Source: Sphaerodactylus townsendi (lineage: Eukaryota). From it: a stretch of 64,000 nt of DNA. Positions 48,168-61,575 of the stretch are shown in pieces. The DNA lies in NCBI RefSeq assembly GCF_021028975.2, contig NC_059435.1, positions 70,060,001 through 70,124,000 of the forward strand, given 5' to 3'. A program made the position numbers and the translations under genes. The stretch's first letter is position 1; each line of letters begins with the position of its first letter. A model generated the notes under the pieces. It saw nothing but the letters and a program-made list of their open reading frames with translations, was not told the DNA's origin and ran no database searches.

Positions 48168-48453
48168 CCATTTCAGGAGAAAATTCAGCATCACCTTCAA
48201 CAGAATTCTTTGCACCATTTCCTAATGGATTACTGTCTTTGTGCTGAGGCTCAGGTACATGGACTGACCCACGAACGAAACGGGGATAGAATTTTTTGGG
48301 AAATGGCTTCTGAGGCTCAAACCCCTTGATGGGCACATACTTGAAAGATTGGGTCTCTTCACTGAAGTTGAAATAAATAAAAAGCAGAAGCGTCCAAGTC
48401 ACAGAAGTGAAGAGGCAGCCATAGCAGAAATAGCGAAGTGTGGCACTTCCCAT
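48168..48453 (-). CDS. GALNT11: GALNT11 first coding exon (signal anchor and stem); exon probably starts at 48491
   Basis: [32 protein letters not shown]...KKFYPRF...|gtaagt; the 11 coding exons sum to 1818 nt with consistent phases. Confidence 0.97.
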
Positions 48454-51400
48454 TGTAATCCTAGCATTGTCGGTTGTGCATTCTCAATCCCCTTTTAAAA
48501 AATCAAAGAAAAAAGAGTGAGATTTACAAAACCTACTTTCCTAGCTTGGAGTTCTTAAAAGATGGCCTATCAGAAAATTCTGTTTTTTAGATTAATGCCG
48601 TATTTTAGTAATTGCGTCCAAGAATAAATCTAGCCTTCATCCTACACAAAATAATAAAATACACATTAAATTAGTCTTCCAATTCTGCATTGGGCCATCT
48701 TTAAAATGTTACAACACTAAGCAATACTGGATACTGAAATTACTTTAAGTGAAGCATTTATAGCATGGTGTATAGCTACAGAGCACTCTACAAAGCAATA
48801 TCAATAGCATTTTTCAACATAACCATATCCTGCAGGAATCCACTTTCATATGCCTTCTGAACCTTTCCCAATAAATGTGTCTGGATCAGTGCAGGCAAAA
48901 GTTTCCAAACCTTCTTCAAAACTTCATTAAAATTGTAAGTTAGCAGTTGCCAAAGTCATTTTACCTTCTGACACTAAAAAGCAGCTTGCAATTCCAGACA
49001 GAAAACAGGGTGGTTTTAAAACAAAAAACAAACAAAAAAAACAGGTTGCTCCAGACCTCTGACCACCAGTGTTGTCAACACTGGGGGCAAGCAGTGCAAG
49101 ACAAACACAAAAAGAAGAAAGTTGCACAAAGACCTTGGTCTGAAATGAAGTTCTCGTTCACTGACAGTTGGCAAAGTCAAGTTGTCAGGTGCTAGAAATT
49201 GGCATAGCTACAAAGTTTAAATATTTACAACCTGATCCATTAATCTATTAGCAGTTGTGGTCAGCAACTAATTTTTAACAGGTTCCTCACTTAAAATTGT
49301 GTAAGGGCTAAAAAAATAGTAACAAGAAGTTCTTCCAAGCAAGTACAGAAACAGAGGCTCAGTCAGAATTCTTCCAGAATTCACTCATGTTTGTCCACGT
49401 CATGTCTCTTTGTACAGAAGTTGATGAGAAACATATTAAGAATAGATTCTGAAATGAGGGTTAGGCAACAGATGAGACAGAAAGTGTCTAGGAGCCAAAC
49501 TAATTCCAGGAAGCCCATTTCACATACAAGAAACAATTATCTCCAGGTTCCTCTCTTGATTTATATATCAATAGCACCCTCTCAATGATGGCACCAGTGA
49601 TTACACACCTAGTTCTGTCTTTTCTCCTTCAATAATCCCAAGCATATTCCTGATAATTCAGAACAGTAAAAGCTTTGCTGTGCACTACCTGATTATCCAG
49701 GAAGTTATCTGGAATCAATCAGAGACAAGCTTCTCCTCCGCCATCATAATGCTGAGTCTCTGGACATGCATTCATCCCACTCCCAACTCAACAATCAGCC
49801 AGCTTGATTGCTCCAGCTACTGGTGAACTTCTGACAGCTAGGGCCACCAGCGGATAGCATCCTCAGGTGCCTCCTGCCCTTTCAGGCTATCTCAAATTGT
49901 TGGGAGCCAGCTCTGTTGGGACAGTTCCCAGGCAGCTAACCCATTTGTCAGTATGCTGCACTGGATGAGTTTGGGGAAAAGGAGAAGGATCCTGCCAGTT
50001 GGTGTGAGTATTGCCATGGCATTCCCCATTGGGTGGGGCATGGCTGCTGCACACCTTGGCCTGCTGTCCACCCTGCCTTGCCCGTGCCTTTGCTTGCTCC
50101 CTGTCCTAACTACAGTCTGTCTTGACTACGTCTCACTTGTTGCCCATCTGGCCTCTGGTCTGTCAGGCCATGCCTTAGCTAGCACCTGCCAGCAGCACAG
50201 ATTAGAACACACACATATAAACTGAGGAAACATGCCAGTACTGAAAAATCCCGTTTGGAACAGAGAGGCAGCAGTGATTGTTACATAAATATTTACTCTA
50301 AATAATTATGGCTTACCAAGAACAGCTTAAAAAATAATAAATTTTCTATTTTGGGTACCCCAAATACTTTCAGATTTTTGTGACGTGATCATAATACAGC
50401 AATGTATTGCTACTGATATAGGACATAATTATGAAAAGGCAAAAAGAAACAGCCCTTCTGTTGCTTCTTATTTTGTTCCAGATTTAAATTCTCTTGCCTT
50501 TGAAATCCTCCTTGCACTTAGTGCCTTTTCTGCTTCTTCTCTAGTCATTGTTGAAGTTATTTTCCAATCAGAAGTGTTTCCTTTGCCCAAAAAATGCGAA
50601 GAAAATAATGTTGTACCATCCAAGCCACATGCCAGCGGATGCACTGACCTGTTTTTAGAGCTCAGTGTTACAAAGAAGAGTCAGAAAACACTGAAAGTTG
50701 CCTTTGAAAATACCACCCATGACCCTGCAGAAAACATAAAACCACAGAACACAACAAAGCTTGGGATGAGTCTTCCAGTAAACATGGAATAAAACTTCAG
50801 TGGCTTGCAGTTAGGACTGAAGATGATTTTTAAAAAGAATATGGTTCTGAGGCAATGCACATCAAGTTTTGTGCCAACAAAATATTCCTTACAAATGACA
50901 CATATATAATTCAAACAAAGAAATTTGTACACATTTCTGCTTTGTAGAGATGTTTGGTCTCTGCTATGCAGAGGGACAAAAAGCTACACAAGAACCCACC
51001 CAGGAAACTTAAGCAAGATCCCTGACAGAATAGCTAGTCCAACATCTTGCTTCGCACAAGCGGATTCAGCATGGGCCAAAAACGGTGGTGTGAAAATGGT
51101 GTAAAATGGTTTAAAACAGTGTAAAAAGGTTTACATCGTTTTCACACTGCTGTTTTTGGCCCATATGGAATCCACCACAGATGCCCTGGAAGAACCATGG
51201 CGGGGACACAAAAGTCCTTCTTTACTACCCCACCCCCAGCAACTGACACATCCAAACATGAGAGATCCCATTCAGACCTCCTGGCTGTAGTTGAACCTGT
51301 TCTAAATCTGTATAACCTCCTTTTAAAGTCACCTAACCCAAACACACCAGATATCTTGTGGCAGCAACTTCTACAAATTCATTACACACTTTAATAGCAA

Positions 51401-54400
51401 ACAGACAACTTTCCATTTACATAAATGCTGAACTTTACAGCATTTATGTATTACACCAACCACTGCATACTAAGTCCAGAACATCACAGATCATAAAGAT
51501 AAAGAGGAGGCAACCCTGGATAATTCCATGAATAATTGTATAATCCTAAACAAAATTACACCCTTCTAAAACTTCTGATTGCACTCACCCCTCAGCAAAA
51601 GTAGCAATAGAAGATAAAAGAAATATAAGCAATATGGCAGCATGAGAAGTGCATCTTAGCCAGACATTTCTCTTCTATTATGTAACTCAAAGTAACAAAG
51701 TTCCCAAAAGACCTCCAACTAAGGCCCTGACCAACCTCAGACTAGATTCACTTCAGCAGGATTAATGCATTGTGATCAGGCCTTATCCTCATCAGTAACT
51801 GGAGCCAATGAAAAGAATTGTCCAGCCTCTTCCACAATGTATAGGTCCAACCACAGCAATAGAACCAAGGCTGCAAGCTTGTGGACTAGGAAATGTTGAA
51901 ATGACAGGGAAGTCCTCCTTTCACAGCTACTTGAAGTAGAACAAAAACCTACATGACTTGTCACTGAAGATTTTAAGGCAGATGATGAGCAACCATCACC
52001 AACCCAAACCCAAAAGAGATTATCCTAATCAGGAAATCCTCACATTAGGAAGCTTTGCAAACCTGAGACTCTTTTTAATTATTTGCATGTTGGCTTAAGA
52101 ACATTATAGTCCATTTACATTTTTTAAAAGCCTTCAGTAATCACACGCACAACATGTCCAGTATTTCACATGCTACATATAACTGTATATTGTGAATTTA
52201 ATATTAACATTACAACATCTCAAGTATTTAAAAAAGAAGACATGGCTCCTAGTTTGTGCTGAATCTCAAGGATATTCACTCAGCATGTGCTTTATTGTGG
52301 TGCTGTGTTCTTATATTTGCTTTGCCCACTTTGGACTATGTTTCCCATATTTTATCCAGTTTCAAAAATCAGTACTTAATCACCATGCTACTAAATGCAT
52401 CCCTGCCAGAAGATTAGACTTTGTGGGATTTAGCAGGATTACTTCAGCAGTCACAGCTAAAGAATGGCTCTCCTTTCTGTATTTGCTTTACTCTTCTTCA
52501 AAGTGCCCTGTACCATCCTCCGCAATAATAATAGTTCTGCCCTCCAGTCTCATTTGTCAGTATGCAACAATCACAATTCAAAAAATAATGAGAAGGACCT
52601 GTACAACATAGCAACAACAGCAGAAATTGGTACTACCAGAGTATACAATAAAGGGAAATATTATAACCTCCAATCAACACACTCCAAGCAAACAAAAATG
52701 TTTTTTCACATTCACAATTACAGTATCTTCAATCATCTGCCAATTCAGTCCTCAAGATAACTTGACAGCTATGATAAATACAAACTGGCAACACTGCTTA
52801 TCCAAATAAACAGCATAGTAAATGAAGTAATAATACCAGTAGGACTGCCATGTCAGTTTGTTTGAGCAAAAAGAAGATAAAGCAAAATAAAGAGAGAGTC
52901 TTGTGATACCTCGAAGACTAACAGGTATATGGAAGCATAAGCTTTCATGGCAAGTGCTAAAGATTTGACATGGGTCCAATTTATGAGAACACAGGTTGCT
53001 CATTCCATGTAAATTATTTTCTCTTGGAATTAAGAAAATTGCTAAGAAAATCCACTTGCAAACAATTATGAAAGTGGACTGAAAGTGCATTATTCTGCAT
53101 GTGTGGAAGAGGCCTAAGAGAGAGTCTGTAGCCTACGAAAGGCATTGCCCTGGACCCAGTCACCGTTTTTCACTCAGTTCTGGCCAATACACTCCTTATT
53201 ATAGCCACCATTATACATATCTTGCCAACTACAACCCTAAATCCCCATGATGGTTAAAGGAGACCCCTTCCTTTCTTTTTCATCAGTGAAACAAGCAAAT
53301 ATATTCACTGATGAAAACATTAAGTGCCTAAGTGGCTTGGCAATTGGGATGAGTCAGTCCTGGTTTGATAAAGATACTAAATCCACCCATGCCTTTTTTT
53401 TTGCAGCAAGTTTACATGTTTGTAACGTGCTGTCAACACAGTCAATTTATGGTGACCCAGGATGCTATTCAAGGAAGGAGTTAAGCAAAGGTGATTTGTC
53501 ACTGCCTGCCTCCATGCACCAACCCTGCACATTCTTAGTCTCCCATCCAATTACTTGCCAGGGCCAAACCTCCTGAGCTTCCAAAATCTGACAATATCAG
53601 ACTAGCTTGGGCCAGCAAGGCTGAGGAAGGATTCCACATAGCTTGAGATCACATTTTTACTGTAATGCAAATGGCAAACTGACTCAGAGTACAATATACA
53701 CAGTCTGGCTCAAAAACAGAAGCTTAGATTGCTCTTCCACTGTGTGCTCATTGTCTGATGAGAACTCGCCTTCCTTTTTCATTGTCCGATACTGAAAAGG
53801 GAAATACATTGCTGAGGAATGTCTGAAGTGAGAGCCTGAGTATGAAATCTTTCTAAATCTAGCTGCTTAAGTGGGGTGCTGCCATAAGCGCTCCATGTAC
53901 GAAGCAATATGACCTTCCCCATAACCATACCAGTCAATGAGAATATGCTGGGGGTGGGGGAGAAATCTAGGGAGGAAAGTGATGACAACTCATGGATGAA
54001 GTGGGAGAGAATTGCATTTGGATCTGTTGTAACAGTTTCCTTAAGGCCCTCCTGACTTGCTTCCATGATCTCATTGCAGCAAGGTAGTTGCCTTCCCAAA
54101 GGCACAACAGGGGGTGGAAGGTTGTACGTTAACCCTTGTTGACTCCACTTCAGACATTTGGGTTGGATGGCTGTCATTTGGTGGGAAGGTCTACGATCAA
54201 AGCTGCTTAGGGCCAAACTGGTAGCCACTGGGGCCATTTCCTCCTTCAAGGAGGAAAACACCATTTAACACCATTTTTAAGCAGCTCTGTTTGCCGCTTT
54301 CATTTCAGCACCACAGTCTCCTTCGGCCATTCTCCCTGTCCTCCGTTGTACGAGGCTTTGTTGTATTGTGGCTTACAGGAAAGTAGGCCTGGGTTAGCAC

Positions 54401-55139
54401 TGTCTTCTGAAAGAAAACCATATCCACAGGGTTCCCCTTAAGCCTCAAACTGCCCTGAGGGAAAAGGTGGGTGGAGAAATAAAAATGTAGCCTAAATTAT
54501 GAGGCACGCAGAATGAAAGAAAGGAAGAAAGGGAAGACAGAAAGTTGAAGCTTTCTCTTTAGCAAGGATCAGTGAAAGAATTCTTAAGATTATAAGTAGA
54601 TTTAATCAAAGGATAGCTTCTTCAGCTGCTCTCCCTGTACAAGGCAGGAAGTAAACTGAGCTCAGGAAATTCCTGTCTGAGAGACAGCAAGTGGCAATTT
54701 AGTCATGCCTCCCTGAACAGCTAGGTGCCATCACTCAAGATGCCTTCCATGAGAATACTACAGCATGAATTATCTTGATCCTCACCTCCAGGGGCACATC
54801 CTTATTTAACATTCTTTTCTAGCTCCTTCATGGCTCTCTTTCCCAGTCTAGAATCACTTTCTGATTTCTTGGTTGTGTCTCCCTTTGGGGTGAAAATGGA
54901 GCCAAGTAACAGAAAACCTCAGACAATTTCAATTCCTTTGTCATCCACCTGTAAGTATCACAATGCCTTGCTTACCCTAAACTGATGTAATTAGCAATAT
55001 GCCTCCTATGCATGCGTGCACAAGCTAAGCCAATGCCAAACTTATTACATATGTGACACGTCACAACGTTTAGGGTGACATGTCAGTGTTCACTAGCACC
55101 CTCTGTTTCATTATATATATACATAGCACGACATATGAT

Positions 55140-55378
55140 TGGACTGTATTGTGGAAGGCTTTTGCGGCTGGATTCAACTGGCTGTTGTGAGTTGTCTGGG
55201 CTGTGTGGTCATGGTCTGGAGGCTGTTGCTCCTAAGGTTTCACCCACACATCTGGCATCTTCAGAGGTGTGTCAAGGTAAAATGCATTTCTGTATGTGAA
55301 TCACAAATGTGGATGAAACATTAGATGCAAAAACTACCAGACCATGGCCACATAGCCTGGAAAAACCACAACACAATC
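55140..55378. mobile_element. Penelope-like terminal-repeat fragments in inverted arrangement, with hammerhead core
   Basis: Arms 55183-55250 and 55302-55372 are imperfect reverse complements; CTGAAGA...GAAAC on -. Confidence 0.65.
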
Positions 55379-55479
55379 AATGAGTATGTACATAATTATT
55401 TCTCTTTTGATGGGGGTGGGGGGTTGACACACCAGCAGAATCGACTTAGACATTTATGTTTACTTCATTAACAGGCCGC

Positions 55480-56465
55480 TCCTCCCCTTCCGAATTCCTG
55501 ACAGGCGGAGCCCAAAAGCTTCGCCATCCCTGAGTTTAGGCTCTTCTGTCCTTGACTCCAGATCCAACAGTAACAGACATTCCAGAGGAGGCTGCAACGA
55601 TGCAGGATCCCTCCCGTCTAAGCCCGCTCGACCCAGCTGCGCTCCTCGGGACTGCACTGCCAGGAGGCTGCAGCAAAAAATAACGGGGCTTCTTGGGGGG
55701 CCTGAAAGCCGGCGGAGTTTGGATCCAGCCTGGATCATCCAGGCGGGGTCCTGCAAGGGAGGATGAGGCAAACGAAGGAGGCAGGCGAAGGAAGCGCCGC
55801 TCTCGCACCGACTGACTGAGGCTGCGGGGAGCCAGCCCAGGGGGAGGCGGCAATTCGGCTGCATCAGGATCCCTCCCCCGTCGGGTCTGATCCCTCTCCC
55901 TCCCTCCCTGGAAGGGCGCCAATATCCCGGAGGGGTCGGGAGGAATGGTAGCTAGGGCCGCCCCCCCCGCCCCCGCCCCCGCCCCCCGTTGTGAGGTGGC
56001 CCCAGACGGCGGTCATCCCCGCCGGTTCTTGCAGACTCACCGGCGTTGCGGCAGCACGAAGCCAGAAGACAGGGAGGGTTTTGAAGCCGGGCGGAGCGGC
56101 ACCACCATCCTCCGCCTTCTCCTCAACTGAAGAGGAGGCGACGCGACAGTTTCCTTGCTTGCTGGAGGTGGGGGGGGGGGGGAGAGCCGCAGCGCGCGCG
56201 CCCAACGGTCACCAACCGTCAGAACGCCCGCGAGGAAGGGCAGGGAGGGAAGCTTCTCGGTAGCCAGAGCCCCTCGCCACCGGCGCCGCTCATTGGACGT
56301 GGGCGGCCACGTGGCAAGCGCTCCCTCCCCCCCCTCTCCGTCGATTTGGACGCATGCGCGCGTCCCGTCGCCATGACACCAGAGGCACGGTTGTGATGAC
56401 TCGCGAGTCCGTTTGCGCGCGCGGTCCAAGGTGGCGGGCACGTGATCAGGCTGGCGCGAGGGCAG
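55480..56465. promoter_or_regulatory. CpG island / GALNT11 promoter
   Basis: High GC and CpG; CCAAT (-, 56292-56296), GGGCGG (56301-56306), CACGTG (56308-56313, 56439-56444), NRF1-like CGCATGCG (56351), palindrome GACTCGCGAGTC (56398-56409). Confidence 0.85.
56041..56280 (-). other. GALNT11: Probable GALNT11 non-coding exon 1 (5' end approximate)
   Basis: Consensus donor CCG|GTGAGT at 56041/56040 inside the only large non-TE CpG island upstream of the ATG exon. Confidence 0.65.
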
Positions 56466-57049
56466 GATGAAGGGAAACCCTCAGGAATGTCCGTTCATGG
56501 ATTTTTCTTTTAATCGGTTGATTTTTTTTTAAATTATTGATTTGGCCTGAACAGGACTGTTACCAGGAGGACTCTTTTGGAGGGCATTGATTCGTTTGGT
56601 CGCCATGAGTTGGAAGCGACTTGGCAGCCCTTAACATACAAATAGGGCTCTTAATTGTATTTTGTATTTATTTATGGTGTGTGCCCCACCCTGAACTTCT
56701 GTGGTAAAATGTCTTAATAGTGAAAAATTGAAACTAAACCCTGGAAAGCAGAAGTAATGCTAGTGTGGAAGACAGGACATGGAGCACCCCATTTTTTATG
56801 AGGTTCAACTGACTTTTGCTGACTTGGGGTTATGCTGGACACAACATGACAGATGGAGAAACAAGTCAATGCAGTTGCAATAAAGCTGTTCTTTCAACTC
56901 AATCTAGCTCCAAAAATGCCCCCTTACCTTGATCACAACTGATCTGGCCACCTGGATTCATGCCACAGTGACGTCAGTACAAGATGACTGCAAAACTGTA
57001 TGTTGGTCTTCCTACAAAATCCGTTCAGAAACTCCAGTGGATGCAGAAT

Positions 57050-57285
57050 GCTGATTCCCCATTCATGGCCAAAGTTTGATCCCAACAGAAATCAGTCTCA
57101 GATAGCTGGGTCAAGGTTGGCTCGGCCTTCCATCCTTCCAAGGTCAGTAAAAGGAGCAACCAGCTTGCTGTGGGGGGTAAAGTGTAGATAACTGGGAAAG
57201 TCAATAGCAAACTACTTCGTAAACATAGTCTGACTAGTAAACATCACAAGGTGACATCACCCCATGGTGTTTGCAGATGGGACTA
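57050..57285 (+). mobile_element. Sauria-type SINE
   Basis: ctcggccttccatccttccaaggtcagtaaaaggagcaaccagcttgctg motif. Confidence 0.7.
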
Positions 57286-58827
57286 CTTTTTTCTTTTTAA
57301 AAGGTGACCCTGGTTTGTTCTGCATCCATTGCAGAGATTGATGTAACAGTTTCCTCACTTCCCCAAAACAGCAGGAAGTTCTGGGAGCAACTCTTGCAGG
57401 CTCTTTCCTGACAAGACTAAAGTAATTCAGTCACCATTTCTTTTGCAATGCGTGATTTGTTTATAAATGGGTGAAGCTGATCGGAAGGGCAGCAGTCCTA
57501 GCTCCTCAGACTTCTCCCCAAGACCATGAATAGGCCTCAGGACTGCATCTTGCTTATCAGCTGAACAAAACAGAAGAGCAGACTTCTTCCTCTGGCCAAC
57601 TATAAACTGCAAAGCTGTTACCTCACACCCAAGCAGATAGGGTCACACACTGTCACCTATCTCAGTTCCTCAGGGCCTGAAAGACAAAGTTGTTCTGCTG
57701 AGCAGTGGCGTAGCACCCATGGGATAGGGGTACAACGCCCCAGGTGGAGTTGTGGTGGAGGCATGGTCAAGGCATGGCGGGGCCGTTCCAGGGCAGGGGC
57801 AGGCAGCGCCGCAGCAGGGGCATGGGGCATGCACCCAGGGACCAGTTTCCCCTCATTCCACCTCTACTGCCAAGCCTACAGTTGAGGCAGCAATGGTTGT
57901 GTTTCCATGTTAGGTGGCCTCTTTTCTTTCCCTTCCCTTGCTTTGTTATATTGACTTTGTTTTAGGATAGAGAACTTTCTCAGGCTGTTCTATCCTTAGT
58001 TGGATTAAGTGTTTTATATGTTGTATTATAATTTTATGTATTACAATTTAATTGTTTTTAATACTGATGTAAGCTACTCAGAACAAGGGAAATCAGGATA
58101 AAAATCAAATAAATACATACATTCCTTTCAAAATGAGCACATTTTGTTGCATACATGCACTTTACCTTCAGTCATGCAGTGAATATGTGTGTGCTGTAAT
58201 GGAAGCTGCTGCCAAAGCAATTTTTAAAAATCTGCACAGCCAATCAAATCTCCAGTGGCCAACCAGAAGCTCTGCTAGGTAAAAAACCCCCCACAAAAAC
58301 ATATTGGCCCGACCCATTTTCAAAAAATACTTGACAGACACCAGGAAAGTGTGTTTGGAAACCTCTGTCCTACAACATTTTGCCCTATGGAGATGTTTCC
58401 TCCCCAGAACTCTACCCTCTTCAGCCTCCCCCCTCCCAAATTTCCCAACCCAAAATTGGTAATTCTATGTTCAGATTTCATGCAAGCCCCAGAATGGGGG
58501 AGCATTGCCAACGCCAGGAGAATCCCAGCCCTTCATAAGGCAAGAGAAAGTCACTGAAGTGGCTTCTGAAAGCAGAGTCAGGAGAGAGGAGGATGACGGG
58601 AAATTATTTTCCTTCTAGTCTGAGGCTTGTGGTCTCTCTGCAGCCCAGAATCTGCTCAGACCGGTCTTGTAAGAGTCACTAATGCGAAATAAACAAACAT
58701 TCTTCTGAAGATAGGAAACTCTCATAAACATTCTAAAGAGAAAACTTTTGGGATATCAGAGACAATGATGGACCTCTAATTTCAGTTAAGAAATAAGTGC
58801 ATGTCACCTGTCACTTACCCGGACATG

Positions 58828-59030
58828 GATGGCCCAGGCTGGCTTGATCCCATTAGATCTCAGACACTAGACATGGTTGGCCCTGGTTAGTACTTTGATG
58901 GGAGATCACCAAGGAAGTTCAGGATTGCTACGCAGAGGCAGGCAATGGTAAACTATCTCTGAACATCTCTTGTCTTGAAAACCCTACACTGTCACCATAA
59001 GTTGTTTGCAACTTGATTCACTCTCTACCA
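58828..59030 (+). mobile_element. 5S rRNA-derived SINE
   Basis: 5S-like gatctcag...ggccctggttagtactttgatgggaga head with Sauria-like tail. Confidence 0.65.
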
Positions 59031-59732
59031 TGACATTACCTATCACATAAACTGTTGTAATGTTGAACTTGCTACAAAGGTTTTTTTGGAGGGGGAATAT
59101 AGCAAACTGGAAAAAACAAAGCCTAGGAGCAAAACCCACAAAGTGGAAAGCACAGAACACTTGGGTGTTAATTGGGGCACATTCTGAAGCGGAGGAAAGC
59201 CTGCACAATTAATTAGATAAGAACTTTGGCATTGTAATAGAGGGGCTGTTCTCCGTAACACTTTAAGCAAGATCAGCTTGACAGAACTGCGCTCACATTA
59301 ATTGGCGTCACAGGGATCCTAATCTTCTACAAAAGACTGTTTGCTCCCAGGAATGCTTGCATTTAATGCTGTTGTTGCGCTCAAGCAGCTTAGAAGTACT
59401 TGTTGTTCAAGAACTGTATTAATTAATCTTTGTTCTTTTCAGCCCTCACTCTAATAATATGGCACAGTTTTAACCTTCTGCACATTTTCTGCAGAGAAAA
59501 TAATCTCCTTGTTCCTATCTCCCACTTTTCCAGCTTTAAGGTGGGTACTGTGTGTTAGCTGCACAGCTCCAGGTCAGGAAACTCCTGGACATTTGGAGGC
59601 AGAGCCTGGGGTGGTAGCTCAGCCGGGATGTAATGCTGTCCTTCAAAGCAGCCATTTCTCCAGGGGAACAGATCTCTGCATTCTGAAAATCAGGTGTAAT
59701 TCTGGGAGATCGCCAGGTCCCACCTGGAGGCT

Positions 59733-60450
59733 AAGCAAATCACCACACTACCCATAGCTATCGGTCCCAAAGAACCCCATTCCATTCATGAATACCAATT
59801 TTATAAATTGTTTTATAAATGTACACATCAAGACAACTTAAATCAATGTTTCTTGTTTGTTCCACTGATAAAGACAACTTCACACTACATGGTAGAGGAG
59901 ATGAAACATTCAAGATTCAACGAGGGCAAAAGCGAAGCCTAAGAGAAAGAGCCATAAAGCAGCCATCCCAGAATTGTTAAAGCTTTTTCAAATGATGACT
60001 GAGCATATTTTATATATTGGGCTCTGAAGAAGTAACCACAAAATTAACACCTTACCAGAGGTTAATTGCGCTAAACAATTTTATTTGAAATCATTGTTTG
60101 ATACCAGTAAGAGAAGCACACAACACATGAAATTTAATGTATTGGAATGTTCATTGGAATTATCTGAATGTAGCTGTATTGCTGAAACATATTTGTTGAA
60201 TGTTGAATCTTCATTTTGTAATGTGAAACTTTCTTTACCTGTGAAACAAACAAGAAAAATTGACTTCAGTTGTCTTGACCTGTGGAACTATTAAGAAAAA
60301 TTGATTTAAGTTGACCATACATTTATAAAACAGTTTATAAAACTGATATTCGCGAATGGGCTGAATTCTTTGGGACCTACAGCTGTTGGTATACTGTGGT
60401 GATTTGCTTAACGTTCAGATGACCTACCCCATCTAGTTATTATGGTGAGT
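59733..60450. mobile_element. Unclassified 718-bp insertion with long imperfect inverted repeats and 13-bp TSD
   Basis: CCACCTGGAGGCT at 59720-59732 and 60451-60463; arms about 59733-59823 and 60317-60410. Confidence 0.7.
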
Positions 60451-61039
60451 CCACCTGGAGGCTGGTGACCCTAACTGTGCCAATTAAGGCCTGGGTAGCA
60501 TGACTTTAGGAAACTTTTAAAAAGCAAGCCATAGTATAAAACATGAACAGTTTGCCTTAATAACAGTAATATGCACTCTTCTGGGAGCTACATTTGGTAT
60601 TGTCAAGTCATTTGACTTATTTGAAAAAGAAAAACACCTTTCCTAGCCATTATTCATGGGAGTTCTTAACTGTTCTTGTCTCAAAGCACCAGGGGTGCGT
60701 ATCGCTTTAGTTCTTAAGAGACGCAGCATTTGTATTACAAGGTCACAAACTGCTGGCATTCAGTTTGTTATATGCATAAGTGCCATCAAGTTGCAAAGGG
60801 CAACGACAAGGGGCTCTCAAGGCTAGTGAGAAGCAGAGGTGGTCAGTCATCGCCTTCCTTTGCAGAGTCTTCCTTCACATTCTCCCATTCAGTTCAGACC
60901 CTATTTAGCTTTCCAGATCTGATTAGACTGGGCTATCCCGAACGGCCTCCCCTCCACATCAGAATTAAAGGTAAACATTTAAATCCATGTTATTAAAGTT
61001 GTGCCCCCTGGTGGAAGTCTCTGAATGTGTATGGAACAA

Positions 61040-61575
61040 AAGTTTAGCAAGGAAAGAGTTTTCTGCTAAATATTAGAACTTTCTTAGAGGGGTTCCTCAG
61101 TGGAACAGGCTTCCTCAGGAGGTGGTGGGCTGTCCTTCTTTAGAGGTTTTTAAGCAGAGGTTCAGAACTTGTGTGCCTAGATGTTCAGCCAGAACTACAT
61201 ACCATCAGCCTCTTGTCAGCATGGCCAATTGGCCATGCTGACAGAGGCTGATGGGAATTGTAGTTCCTGAACATCTGGAGAGCCGCAGGTTCCCTACCCC
61301 TGGGTTAGATGGTCATCTGACAGCCATGTAGATTCTATGAACATAGACAGATAATGAGTAGGAGGGGAGGAAAGAATGAGTTAGTGGTTGGCTCTCGTTA
61401 CTTTTCTTCCCTGCCCAGCTTAATACTGCTTGCAACTTTGGGATCAGGAAGGAATTTTCCTCTAGTTTGGCCAGGGATCCTGGAGGTTGTTTGATTTCCT
61501 CTGGGCATAGAGCAAGGATCACTGGGACAGAGCAGGAGTTGTTATGAATCTCCTGTGTTGTTCAGGGGGTTGGTC
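61040..61575 (+). mobile_element. CR1 3' fragment with nested palindromic hAT-type MITE (about 61165-61302)
   Basis: cagtggaacaggcttcctcaggaggtggtgggc CR1 end; MITE palindrome centred on catggccaattggccatg. Confidence 0.65.

Noticed and set aside
55460-56441. Several 110-135 aa ORFs in the CpG island
   Set aside because: Low-complexity G/P/R/A-rich frames expected from GC content; no domain similarity.
58828-58920. 5S rRNA-like and tRNA-like sequences (also 26540-26635 and 31597-31670)
   Set aside because: Diverged heads fused to SINE bodies, not functional RNA genes.
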